A stretch of DNA of 64,000 nucleotides, taken from Macrostomum lignano (Eukaryota). Positions within the stretch are counted from its first letter, which is position 1; each line of letters opens with the position of its first letter. The translations under genes were made by a program, and so were the position numbers. This document shows positions 1 through 12,058 of the stretch, one piece after another. The DNA lies in the NCBI GenBank assembly GCA_002269645.1, contig NIVC01003020.1, positions 1 to 64,000 on the forward strand. Reading direction: 5' to 3'. The notes under the pieces are model-generated. The model did not search any database. It was given only the letters and a program-made list of their open reading frames with translations, and was not told the DNA's origin.

Positions 1-491
1 CGCATTGGCCAGCCTTGGGTATCTCGCCCGGTGACTCAATGCGCCAAGAGAGCTTGAGTCTCTTAGCGTGTACTCCGCTCTGCTCTCTGCTCTCTTGCAA
101 GCCGAGATACGGGCAGGAGGGGCTCAGCCAGCACTGCCTAAATTAGCCGGCGCAAATGGCCTCCTTATCTCTGTCTGCCTCAGTCTGAGCCCTGCCCACA
201 ACCCCCGGAGAGCTGCTCAACAAAAAGGCAAAACATTTGATGCTCGGCCTTGTGAGCGCGGCGGCGAGCTTTGCCAGGTTTTTTTCCATTTGTCTTCGCT
301 TCATTGCCTGCCGCGACTGCGCTTGCACAGAATTTGGCATTTCTTGGGCTCAGTTACGGCTTTGGGTTTGCGGCAACAAGAATCTTAGCAGACTCTGCTT
401 AAACAGCGCTTTCTTCAGTCAGCAGCAGGACTCAACGAAACCATTGTCTTCAGCATAGAAATGCAAGGTATCAATGCGGTAAGCCATGTAC

Positions 492-592
492 TGTGACCTC
501 CAGTCTGTGACCTCCATCTTGTCTGTGACGTGCAGTCTGTGATCTCCAGTCTGTGACCTGCAGTCTGTGACCTCCATTCTGTGACTTCCAAG
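492..592. repeat. Short degenerate tandem repeat (CAGTCTGTGACCT-like) upstream of the AJM1-like first exon
   Basis: About six imperfect copies of (CA)GTCTGTGACCT are visible. Confidence 0.6.
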
Positions 593-628
593 CCGTCAAT
601 CCCCGCTCCATTTCAGACCCCGACGCCC

Positions 629-3600
629 ATGCCGCGGGCTGCTCAACGAAGGTTTCTGCCGGAAGCGGCGGAGGACATCGAGTATTCAACCAGCGAAGAC
701 GAGGACGAATCGAGCAGCTCGACGGCGACCTCCAGCACGGCTGGAGACGACGACCGGTCCTCCGATGCGGAGTCCTCGGCTGGAGATGATGAGCAGCCGA
801 GCGAGACGGCAGCGCCAGACGATGAAGTCGCCGATTCGGTGGACGGAGGGGCCAGTGCGGAGCCGCTGCCGCAGCCGACACCGGAGGACGACGCCGAGGT
901 GGCCAGGAAGCGCAAAGCCCTGAACGAGCCGCCGGAGGCAAAAGTGCCGCGCCTGGACGCAGAGCAGTCGGGCCGGCCGAGCGAGCCGCCCGAGTCGGAC
1001 TCCAGCGAGTCCTCGGAGTCGTCAGAGTCTGCGGAGTCGGCGGAGTCGGAGGGTGGCCAGCCGGACCAGCCGCAGAAGAACAACAGCAGCTGCGCGGAGC
1101 CGCTGGCGGAAGCTGAAGCAGCGGCATCAGCGGCAGAGATGAAGGCGGAAGCGGATGCGGAGGCGGACGCGCCGCCAGCAGTCGAGGAGCCTCTGGCGCT
1201 GGAGAAGGTCAGCGCCGGGTCGTACCAGTTCGCCCCGAGCGGTCCGCTGGACCAATGGCGCAGCGGTGAGTGGCAAATCGATTATTTTCATGCAGTTTTT
1301 CTCCCGAGACATTTTTGGGGAAATGGCGCTGCTTAACGACGCAAAAAAACTTGGAAGCCTCGACTTGGGTGAGCGCAGGCGGCCTGTGTGGCGCAGGTTT
1401 CATGCCGGACAGGAATCAAAATGTAGCCAATTCGCTAAGTTTGCCGGCTCTCTGACTTGAGGTGTGGAATTTTCCACCCGGCTGTATCGCGCAGCTCAGA
1501 GGGTGGTGAGCTGATCTCGCAAAATAGTAAAATCTGTCAGGCTTTCAGGTTTCCAAGGTAAATAAATGAGGCTGCAGGCATAAGCACAGTTAAACCCCGC
1601 AAAATTGACTCCAGGCAGCGGCGCGGTGCGGGCCGTGGCGTCCTCCAGAGCCCGCATCACCAACGCGAAGGGCGAGCAGCTCAGCCAGCTCGGTGGCGCC
1701 GACGGCGAGGCGGCGGAAGGCCCCGAGGACGCCGACGGGTCCGGCGGCAGCGGCTCGGAGGCCTTCGTCACCACGGAGGCCAGCGGCGCCAACCCGACCA
1801 CCGCCATCGCGCGGGCCACCGCCCGGGCCGCCAGCATCGCGGGCGCCGCTCTGGCCCGCGGCAGAGCCCGCCAAGGAGCCGAGGAGTACCGGATCTTCAT
1901 CTCCACCTCCTGCACTGTGCGCCCGAGCCCCGTGCTGGAGCCCAGCCGCCTGCAGATCACCGTCAGCAGCGACAGCGAGCTGCAGCGGCGGGAGTCTCCC
2001 GACCCGGGCACCGACCCGGCCGACCCGGACAAGAAGCGGGTCGTGAGCTCGCCTCGGCGCCTTGACAGCCGGGACAACTCAGAGAACGTGTTCTCCCTGC
2101 TGCGGCTGGGCCGGCAGGACACCACGCAGGAGACCGTCACCCAGGAGCTGCCGTCGCCAGCCAAAGGCGACAAGGCTGACTACGCGGACTTCGAGGCCGC
2201 CACCCGGTCCGTCATCCAGAGCCGCTACAACACGGAGCGGCGCCAGGAAATCGCGGACGATTACTGCCGGAGGGCCACCAAGGCTGTACAGTCGGAGGTG
2301 CAGCTCATGGAGCAGCTGAAGACGGACGAGTCGGTGGAGGCAACGGACAGGCTGGGTCGGATTCGCTCCGACCAGGAGCGCTTCCTGGATCTCAAGCGGC
2401 AGCTGGACGCGCTGAAGGCACGCCAGCTTGCCAGGCAGCGCCAGATGGAGGCGCCGCTGCAAGCCGCAGTTCCGCCGCGGTCGCCAATCGTCCTCAACGA
2501 GGCGCCGATGTCGCCGGAGCGGCAGGCCGTAAGTCCGCAGAGCGGCGACACCACACTCCTGGGCGGCCAGATGGTGGAGAGCGCCTACATCTCCGACACC
2601 AGCGATCCCAGCTCGCCAACCACCGCCAGCAAGGCGAGCCCGGAGGAGTTGCAGAAGCGGCCCTACCGCTCCGTGCTGCAGGAGACGGCGGTGCCACCCG
2701 GGGCCGCCCGGCCGCAGCCGCGGCACCATCAGTCCTCACTGCAGCTGGACCAGGAGCGGCTCCAGAGGGCCCGCAATGAATATTTCCGCCGGCCGGTGTT
2801 CGACCCGGCGGCCAGGCCGGGCCAGTCCGGCTCGCTGCGCTCCGGCGGCAGCAACAGCCCGAGCGACTACCGGGCCCGCAGCGCCTGCAGCACCCTCAGC
2901 AAGGACTCCTCGCGCAGCATGTACCAGCTGCGGGAGCTGCTGGACGACCACAGCGCCCTGCAGGTTTATTCCCAAATCTTTGGCTCCGGTCGGCGGCGCT
3001 TCGTGTCCACCGACATTGACGACCTGCCCGACGGCGGCGTCGGTGAGGGCGCCTCGGCAGCGGGCTCCAGATACGACCTGAACGCCCTCGACACGGAGCC
3101 CGGCAACTACAAATCCGTCTCGCTGTTCGACCTGCGGCGCAGCATGCTGGCTGGAGACGCGAGAGCCGTCGTCGCGGCGGGAGCAGCCGGGGGCCACGCG
3201 AACGACTCCAAGTCCTACGTGTCGCTCATCGAGACGGACATCGACACCGGCGAAGAGCTGAGCCACGAGATCGTCACGGAGACGGACGTGGACGCCGAGT
3301 CACCGCTGAGCCCGGCGCCGAAGTCGCAGAGCCTGCTGAACTTGGCGACCGCGCCGCCGACCACACCGGGCGGCGTTTTCGACGGCCTCGGCACCCGGGA
3401 CGCGGAGCTGGACCAGCGGCTCAACAGGGCCAACAGCGAGGATCTGCTCGACTCCGGCGCCGCGCCCATGACCGCCAGGCGCGTCAAGGCGAGTCGCACC
3501 AACTCGAAGCGGCGCCAGCAGCAGCAGGAGAAAACTTTCATTCAGCGCCTGGAGGAGCGCGCAACCTCGGAAAGCGAGAAGGCCATCTGCAAGTCGCTGT

Positions 3601-6133
3601 CACGCCTGGACATCCCCAGATGGATGGACAACTTGAAGCTCAGCCAGGACTCGGCTGCAGAAGCCGCCCCGCAGCGGCAGAGGCGCCTCGGCCCTGGTCC
3701 ACTCGGCACAGCCTGGGCTCCGGGCGGGAGTCGGCCGCTGCCACTGACACCACCGACCAGAGCCTGCAGCCCCTGATCATCCCGAAGTTCGTGAGCCTGC
3801 CCGCGCGGCCGGCGCTGTTCAGCCCGGGCTACAGCTCGCTCAGCGCCAGGCGCGGCGAGGCCAGCGAGGGCGAATTCAAGAAAACCTCCTTCGCCTCGGA
3901 GCGGTCGCGACCACCCCCGATGGCGCCGCGGGAGGAGCCCAGGAGGAAGTACTTCACCGAGAGCAGCATTCGGCGGGACAGCCAGCCAGCGGCTTCCAGC
4001 AGCAGCCGCGAGCAGCAGCAGCCGCCGCAGCAGGTGCGGGCGTCAGTGAAACCGTCGATGGCGCCCAGTTCGGTGCTGGCGCCGCTGAAGCTGGACCCGG
4101 CCGACTTTCTGCCGAAAACCGAGAAGTCGGCAGCGGAGGTCCCGGCAGAGACTCTTGTAGCGCCGCGCAAAGCCGCTGTGGCGGAGTCCGCGCTGCCACC
4201 GCAGTCGCCACCTTCGCTACCGCCGCCACCACCGAGGCTGTCGACGCTGCCGCCGGAGTCGCTGGACGGCTCGTCGGACGAGTCACGTGACGATGAGCAG
4301 CAGTCCAGCGATGCCAGCACTATGATGTTCATCGACCGCAGCTTCCGGGACGTCCCAGAGCAGCAGGTGCAGCAGCTCGGAGACACCAGCACCACGGTGT
4401 CCACGGACTTTCCTTCGGACACGCAGTCCGAGAGTGGATCGGCGGAGCGGCAGGCCGACGAAGACGCCGAGTCTTCCGGCTCTTCTGAGGACTCGTCGGA
4501 CGATTCGTCCACGACGGGCAGCTCTTCGACGGAATCGGACACGACGGACTCTGAAGAGACGTCGGAGGCCGAGGAATCGGATGGTGAGGACGACGAGCAA
4601 CAGCAGCAGCAGCCGCAGCCAGTGTCGAAGCCGCAGCCGCAGCCGCAGCCGCAGCAGCCGCAGCCAGTGTCGAAGCCGCAGCTGCAGCAGGCAGCGCCAT
4701 CGCCTCGGCATCACCTGACCAACGGGGCGGTTCGGCACATCAGCAGCGAGTCAGAGGGCGAGCCGGAGAAGCCGCCGAGCCGCAGCGCCCCGGACCCGAA
4801 GCAGCTGAACCGGTCGGCCAGCAGCAGCTCGGAGTCTTCTAGCAGCGGCAGCAGCGGCAGCGGCAGCGAAGACGATGACGGCACGGCGTCGGAGGAAGAG
4901 ACGGTGATCGAGACTTCCATGCTTCCGGCGCAGCTGCTTCAACGCCCGAAGCCGGACGGGCGGCTGCTGGCGCATCAGCCGGAGACCACCGCGGCCGTGA
5001 GCTACGCGGACGGGCTGGGCCGGCAGTCGCAGACGTCGGCCGCGTTGGCCTTCGTGGATCGACAGCTGGCGGCTGGCCGGGCCAGCGGCTTGTCGGCACA
5101 GCTGGCGGCGGCTGCGGCTGCGGTGCCAGCGACGGCGTTAGCCCAGGATGGCCGCCACTCACCGCCGGTCAGATTCGCCGACGAGGCAATGCAGGCGGCA
5201 GAGCTGAGACAGGGCGTCATCCGGGACGTCAACGGGTACTTGATGGAGTGCGTGAACCCCCGCTGCGCCAAGCGCGTTGACCTGGCCGAATCTGAGAGAA
5301 GCTTTGTGTCCTGCAGCAGGTGCTACACCTACTACTGCGGCTCCGACTGCCGCCGCGGCCACTGGGAAGCGCACAAGCGCAGCTGCGCTTACACCCGCGC
5401 CGCCGACGCTTGCCGAAGTGCGGCCAGCCGCTTGCTGCAAGACTCCGCCGCGCACCGCGCCGTCTCCGCGTTGGCCCGCGCCGGGCAGCGCAGCCTCGGC
5501 CGCGGCTGCGTCCTCCTGCTGCTGTCGGGAGCCGCCGCCGCCCTGCCGCTGCGCCCGCCGGTGTTCGCGCCAGCGGGAGACCTCGCCGCCTGCGGGCTGG
5601 TCGGCGAGCAGCTCCGCGAGGTCACGGAAGCCTGCCGCCTCTGCGATCCGACTGGCGCCCTCGTGCTCTGCACCGGCGTCAGCGTCGACTCCGGGCCGCT
5701 GGTCACCTCCTGGTGCTTCCTGCGACTCGCTGCAGACGACGGACCAGACAGCGAAGGCTCAGTCGCAGCTGCGTCGGCGGCCGCGGCAGAGGCGGAGCAG
5801 CGGCGGGAGCAGCAGCTGCGGCAGTCCCGCGCGGACCTGCTCGATCGAGTTCGCCGGGAGCTGCGGCAGCGGGGCGTCAGCCTGCGGCATCACTACCCCC
5901 GGCTGCTGGCCACGCTGCAGGAGTTCGTGGACACCGGGCGCGAGTTCCCGCCGCAGAGCATCCGGCCGGTGGACACCACCTGCGGCAGGACCTTCGAATA
6001 CTCGGTGCAGCCAGGCGCCGACCCCGTCAGCCGCTGGGTGGAGCCTCCGCAGCCCGCGGCTCGCCGCCAGCATCAGGCGCCGCCGCAGCCGCAGGCGCCT
6101 CCTCGCCGCAGCGTCGTGTCAACCGACCTCTAG
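629..6133 (+). CDS. AJM1: AJM1-like apical junction protein with C-terminal MYND-type zinc finger; exons 617/629-1265 and 1615-6133; about 1720 aa; one-base frameshift near 3667-3670
   Basis: C-terminal region YLMECVNPRC...FVSCSRCYTYYCGSDCRRGHWEAHKRSC...SALARAGQRSLGRGCVL and RRELRQRGVSLRHHYP resembles AJM-1/C9orf172 as recalled. Donor CG|GTGAGT at 1266 (phase 1) matches acceptor CCAG|G at 1613-1614 (phase 1). ORFs 1605-3776 and 3620-6133 join if one C is added to the C4 run at 3667-3670 (giving EAAPAAAEAPRPW). Confidence 0.78.
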
Positions 6134-7319
6134 CGGCCTCAGCCGAATCCCCGGCCTCCCCTGCACCACCTGCTCAAGTAATTTGGCTTCAAAAGTGTCT
6201 GATGAACCTCTGCCTACCGTACGATTTACTGTGCCTAGTTTTCAATTCTAGTACTGTAGAACAATTTTGCAGCCGAGTTCCCCAGCCCAGTGCGCTCAAG
6301 TACATGTGCAGCTCCCAGTCAGGTATTTCCCCGTGCGTTGCTTTTAGTAAAAAATCACCGACACCACCGCGTATCCGAAAACGAAGCCTCCGCACTTGTC
6401 TGTTCTGCTTTTCCTCTGCCTTATCGATGTGCTGCAATGCCCAGAAATTTCGCTATGCCATTCCAAACCGAAGGCCGTCTGAGCCGCCTTCTACAAGCCC
6501 TGGCCTCTGTGCGGCCTGCGCAGATTTTCTGCCGATTTTTTTGTCGATTTCGCGCTGGGCTACCGCCGATCCGCCCAGCTTCCCCAGCCTCATCAAATCG
6601 ATTCTCCAGCCCTGGGCCGCGAGTTGAAGAAGCGCCCGATTGGTTTCTTCAGCCGCGCGCAATTTTGCTTTCGCCTCCAATTCGCAGCCATTTTGATTCG
6701 ATTTCACTGATTTCAGATTTCGTGTCCTCAGATTTGAGCAATTTTTTTGTTTTGATTTTCAAGATTTTCTGATCGACGAGAAACGAACGAGCCGCTCGTT
6801 CCCCGCTCTGGTGCCATTTTCCTGTCACTCAACATTCCCATGCGATTAATCCCACCGCCAAGCCGCTCTGAACTGTACAGCTCCAATGCGCTCTGCCATG
6901 GTGCACTCATGCTGGCACTGAAGCCCCAGGGCCTCACCTGTGGTGCATTCTGTCTGTCTGACCAGCCAAGCTCTTATTTCATTTGCGGAGGCCATCAAAC
7001 ATTCATTACGTGTGTGTACTTTGCCTATTTAAATAAATATAAATTATAAGCACCTGCGAAATGCTTAGCTGACAGCTGCTCAGCCTGACTCGCCCTCTCC
7101 CCGTCTCTGCTGTTTGGCTGTCGCCACTGCTGCACTGGTCCGGGCTATGCAAAATTTGCATTGAGGCTACTGCCAAGTAGTAGTGATGTAGGGGTTTTGT
7201 TAGAATCTTTTTGTACAGATACTGTTCGCCAAATAAATTCTGACATGTGTAGATATAAAATAAGACTAAGATTATAGATACGGTGATTAACACTGGAGCC
7301 AGTGAAAAAATATGGTTAA

Positions 7320-7820
7320 GTCTAGGGCTAAGATGGCTCCTAGGGCTAGGGTTAGAGCTACTAGGGCTAGGGTTAGAGCTACTAGGGCTAGGGTTAGAGC
7401 TACTAGGGCCAGGGTTAGAGCTACTAGGGCTAGGGTTAGGGCTACTAGGGCTAGGGTTAGAGCTACTAGGGCTAGGGTTAGGGCTACTAGGGCTAGGGTT
7501 AGAGCTACTAGGGCTAGGGTTAGAGCTACTAGGGCTAGGGTTAGAGCTACTAGGGCTAGGGTTAGTGCTACTAGGTCTAAGGTTAGGGCTACTAGGGCTA
7601 GGGTTAGGGCTACTAGGTCTAAGGTTAGGGCTACTAGGGCTAGGGTTAGGGCTACTAGGGCTAGGGTTAGAGCTACTAGGGCTAGGGTTAGAGCTACTAG
7701 GGCTAGGGTTAGTGCTACTAGGTCTAAGGTTAGGGCTACTAGGGCTAGGGTTAGGGCTACTAGGTCTAAGGTTAGGGCTACTAGGGCTAGGGTTAGGGCT
7801 ACTAGGGCTAGGGTTAGGGC
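7320..7820. repeat. 21-bp minisatellite built from telomere-like hexamers (CTAGGG CTAGGG TTAG[A/G]G CTA)
   Basis: Unit GCTACTAGGGCTAGGGTTAG[A/G] repeated about 23 times; it explains the spurious repetitive ORFs in this region. Confidence 0.95.
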
Positions 7821-8256
7821 TGGCTCTGTGCTTTGTTGAGACAGCCAAGTCACAGCAAGGTCAGAGGCAGAACGGTTCAGAGCGGTTTAATTTTAATTTA
7901 CGCAGCGATTTTCCCCCGCCGAGACGGCTGTTCGCGCGATCAGTCGTCACCTGCGGAAGTTGGGCTGCAGCCGAGGCCCGAAATTAAATTCCAATGTTCA
8001 AATTGAATGCAGGCCTGTTGTGGCCGCAAAAAAATTAATTATGTAATTTTGATTTCCTACACGACAAAATGAATTCGGAGTCGGGGCTGCTCAGTAGTCA
8101 GGCCTGATTGGCCCCTGCCCACCCAATGACTTCGGGGCTGCTTCAGATGAAAACCGGCCGCTCCGGCCAGCCCGGCCAGCCTCTGCCGCTCCGCCTCCAC
8201 CCTTTCCAGCCAGAAAAAAATTTAAAAGCCAAAAGTCTGAACGAATTTCCCCAAGC

Positions 8257-9335
8257 ATGAGGGCCTCAGCCGCTGCTCTGCTTCTCTTGTGCTGCTGCGC
8301 CTGCGGATTCGTGCAGGTGAGGCTAGCTGACAGAACTGCAGACCCTGAGCTCAGGGTGCTCAGGACTCCTGACTGACCTGACAGACCCTGAGCTCAGGGG
8401 TGCTCAGGACTCCTGACTGACCTGACAGACTCAGAGCTCAGGGATGCTCAGGACTCCTGACTGACCTGACAGACCCTGAGCTCAGGGATGCTCAGGACTC
8501 CTGACTGACCTGACAGACCCTGAGCTCAGGGATGCTCAGGACTCCTGACTGACCTGACAGACTCAGAGCTCAGGGATGCTCAGGACTCCTGACTGACCTG
8601 ACAGACCCTGAGCTCAGGGATGCTCAGGACTCCTGACTGACCTGACAGACCCTGAGCTCAGGGTGCTCAGGACTCCTGACTGACCTGACAGACTCAGAGC
8701 TCAGGGATGCTCAGGACTCCTGACTGACCTGACAGACCCTGAGCTCAGGGATGCTCAGGACTCCTGACTGACCTGACAGACCCTGAGCTCAGGGGTGCTC
8801 AGGACTCCTGACTGACCTGACAGACTCAGAGCTCAGGGATGCTCAGGACTCCTGACTGACCTGACAGACCCTGAGCTCAGGGATGCTCAGGACTCCTGAC
8901 TGACCTGACAGACCCTGAGCTCAGGGATGCTCAGGACTCCTGACTGACCTGACAGACCCTGAGCTCAGGGATGCTCAGGACTCCTGACTGACCTGACAGA
9001 CCCTGAGCTCAGGGAATCCAGAAGTTGGGATCACAAAACGCTCAGGTGATCGCGCGATCTTCGCCCCACCACCTCAGGCATCTCCCGCGCCGCCTCCGCT
9101 GATGCCAGACGATGAGGAATGCGCCCGCACCGGCCGCGGCTGCCTGGGCGGCGTGGCGGACATCGGCGTGATGCGTGCGGAGGTCCGCCTGATGCGGCTG
9201 CTGTTCCGCGAGATGGCCGCCCCGGTGCCCGCCGCCTGCGGCTGTTCCGACGAGTCGACCAGGTGCGTCCGCCGGTGCTACTTCGCCATGCTGCACTCGG
9301 TGAACCTGGACCGCGGCCTGCAGCTGCTCAGCTGA
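8257..9335 (+). CDS. Small secreted cysteine-rich orphan protein (105 aa); exons 8257-8316 and 9078-9335
   Basis: ATG at 8257 gives signal-peptide-like MRASAAALLLLCCCACGFVQ, then donor CAG|GTGAGG (phase 0). Acceptor CCACCTCAG|GCA at 9076-9077 is in frame with ASPAPPPLMPDDEEC...QLLS*. Strong G/C at third codon positions; AATAAA at 9368. Confidence 0.72.
8338..9014. repeat. 44-bp intronic minisatellite
   Basis: Unit CAGACCCTGAGCTCAGGGATGCTCAGGACTCCTGACTGACCTGA, about 15 copies, filling the intron of the secreted-protein gene. Confidence 0.95.
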
Positions 9336-9423
9336 CCCCAGATGACCCCGCAGGCCTCGGCTGAATGAATAAATTCAACTGACCATTTATAACAAAAGAA
9401 ATAAACCGAACTCAAATCAAGCA

Positions 9424-10216
9424 GCTCCGCTAAACAGTTGGTCAGAACCGGACTCACTCAGTCTGAGCTCCGCTAAACAATTGGTCAGAACCGGACTCAC
9501 TCAGTCTGAGCTCCCGCTAAACAGTTGGTCAGAACCGGACTCACTCAGTCTGAGCTCCCGCTAAACAATTGGTCAGAACCGGACTCACTCAGTCTGAGCT
9601 CCCGCTTAACAATTGGTCAGAACCGGACTCACTCAGTCTGAGCTCCCGCTTAACAATTGGTCAGAACCGGACTCACTCAGTCTGAGCTCCCGCTTAACAA
9701 TTGGTCAGAACCGGACTCACTCAGTCTGAGCTCCCGCTAAACAATTGGTCAGAACCGGACTCACTCAGTCTGAGCTCCCGCTTAACAATTGGTCAGAACC
9801 GGACTCACTCAGTCTGAGCTCCCGCTTAACAATTGGTCAGAACCGGACTCACTCAGTCTGAGCTCCCGCTAAACAATTGGTCAGAACCGGACTCACTCAG
9901 TCTGAGCTCCGCTAAACAATTGGTCAGAACCGGACTCACTCAGTCTGAGCTCCCGCTAAACAATTGGTCAGAACCGGACTCACTCAGTCTGAGCTCCCGC
10001 TAAACAATTGGTCAGAACCGGACTCACTCAGTCTGAGCTCCCGCTTAACAATTGGTCAGAACCGGACTCACTCAGTCTGAGCTCCCGCTTAACAATTGGT
10101 CAGAACCGGACTCACTCAGTCTGAGCTCCCGCTAAACAATTGGTCAGAACCGGACTCACTCAGTCTGAGCTCCCGCTAAACAATTGGTCAGAACCGGACT
10201 CACTCAGTCTGAGCTC
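9424..10216. repeat. ~44-bp minisatellite
   Basis: Unit AACAATTGGTCAGAACCGGACTCACTCAGTCTGAGCTCCCGCT[A/T], about 18 copies. Confidence 0.95.
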
Positions 10217-10591
10217 CACCGACCACAGCCGCATGGGTTGTTGGCGCAGCTTGAATTTCTTCGAATTCTCTCCGCTTTCTCTCAATATTTGGCAAGCAAA
10301 CACGGACAGCGCGGCGGAAGTGGCCCATGAATACAACTCGCTTCTGCTTTGCTTGGCTTTCCTGCTTTCTGCTTGAAGAAGAAACAGAAGTCTGAAAGCC
10401 AGCAAGTCAGTGCAGCTGTCGGATGCGTTTCTGCAACAAATTCCTGGAAAGGTACTGAAGCAACAATTCCCCATTTCAGGATAGGAACTTCCCACTTAAG
10501 GACAGGAACTCTCCGTCTAAAGCTCGCTTAACATCTCCATCATCACTCCTAAATCACGAACAGACCAAAAAATGTAACTCAGTTGAAGTGG

Positions 10592-10848
10592 CTCAGACAC
10601 CCTATTCACTGCAGGCTGTGAGCAATGAGCTCAGCTGCTCAGACACCCTTTTCACTGCAGGCTGTGAGCAATGAGCTCAGCTGCTCAGACACCCTATTCA
10701 CTGCAGGCTGTGAGCAATGAGCTCAGCTGCTCAGACACCCTTTTCACTGCAGGCTGTGAGCAATGAGCTCAGCTGCTCAGACACCCTTTTCACTGCAGGC
10801 TGTGAGCAATGAGCTCAGCTGCTCAGACACCCTATTCACTGCAGGCTG
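10592..10848. repeat. 46-bp minisatellite
   Basis: Unit GAGCTCAGCTGCTCAGACACCCT[A/T]TTCACTGCAGGCTGTGAGCAAT, about 5.5 copies. Confidence 0.92.
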
Positions 10849-11496
10849 CAGAAGCCGCAGTCACGGTGGGCTGAGCTCAAATTGAGCAGCTGAGTGGGGG
10901 GGGCTGACCGGTAGCAGCAGGCAGTTCGGGTCCCCTGCCTCATGCAACCTGCATGGCAACTGCAGCTTTGAACAAAAGCGCGAATATAAAACAGCCGGAT
11001 GCGAGTTTCTCTGCTCGCCCACTTTTGCTGTTTGCCAATCAATTAATTAATTGCACCTGCGGCCTGCATGGCAACAAAGGGAGCAATTCAATTAATCGAT
11101 TTGAGAGGCCACGTGCTCTATGAGCGCAGGCTGGGCGAAGTGCATTTGGGTGTTGTTGAAATAACGGCTCCCTCTTCAGCATTCTGGTTTTAACGTTTCA
11201 ATTGCGATTCGCTGGCGCTATAAACATGCAGATTTACATAAAGCCAAAGACTGCGTACGCGGGGGCCGGTTCAGAAAAGCCCCACCTGTGCCCCATTGTA
11301 CCCATTGTAATGCAAATCTGCTTCGGACCCGATCGAATCTCAGCTGCAATCGGAGTGCGACATCAGAGCCCCGTTATTGTATTGAAGCCTTCAGCCTGGC
11401 TTTCACTCAAACAGACCGGAGCTTTCAAGTTTCAGATGCATATAGTTATTAAACATATTTATATAGAAAAAATAGCCCGACAAAAAATAATGAAAT

Positions 11497-11720
11497 TCAG
11501 ACAGACATACAGACAGATAGACACAGGCAGACGCAGACAGACAGACAGGCGGACGCAGACAGACAGACAGGCGGACGCAGAAGGGCAGATGCAGACAGGC
11601 AGACGCAGACAGACACAGGCGGACGCAGACAAGCAGACGCAGACAGACAGACAGGCGGACGCAGGCAGGCAGACAGGCGGACGCAGACAGACAGACAGGC
11701 GGACGCAGACAGGCAGACAT
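11497..11720. repeat. CAGA-based low-complexity repeat
   Basis: Interspersed CAGACAGACAGGCGGACG units. Confidence 0.85.
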
Positions 11721-11937
11721 GAGACATTATATCCAGTCAGGAAAACGGACGTACGCACTATATATACCCAGTCCAGTGGTACCGGGCAAGGAACTCCAGT
11801 AGCCGTAGCTTCAGGCCAGCAGTTCAAACCGGCAGTATAATTGCTGCCTATAATTATAGTTAATTATTATATAGTTAGTTAATTATAGTTACTATAATTA
11901 TAGTACGGCGTGCAGCGGAAAACTGCACGTGGCCACG

Positions 11938-12058
11938 TGTGATCCGTGACAGGCTCTGTACGCCATGCCGCAAGCACGCATGATACGTGACAGGCTCTGT
12001 ACGCCATGCCGCAAGCACGCATGATCCGTGACAGGCTCTGTACGCCATGCCGCAAGCA
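11938..12058. repeat. 41-bp tandem repeat, 3 copies
   Basis: GAT[C/A]CGTGACAGGCTCTGTACGCCATGCCGCAAGCACGCAT. Confidence 0.85.

Noticed and set aside
3655-3780. Programmed -1 ribosomal frameshift in the AJM1-like gene
   Set aside because: No XXXYYYZ slippery site; a homopolymer miscall explains it more simply.
643-6627. Numerous overlapping antisense and alternate-frame ORFs over GC-rich exons (also over CCT8, POC1, Twinkle, ALKBH3)
   Set aside because: Shadow ORFs expected at very high GC; no recognisable domains.
7006-7987. Long repetitive ORFs (NPSPSS, LGLGLELL, LALVALT, RARVRAT)
   Set aside because: All frames are open only because the 21-bp unit lacks stops; there are no splice or start signals.
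8338-10848. CRISPR-like arrays
   Set aside because: Units are head-to-tail with no unique spacers, there are no cas genes, and the context is eukaryotic.
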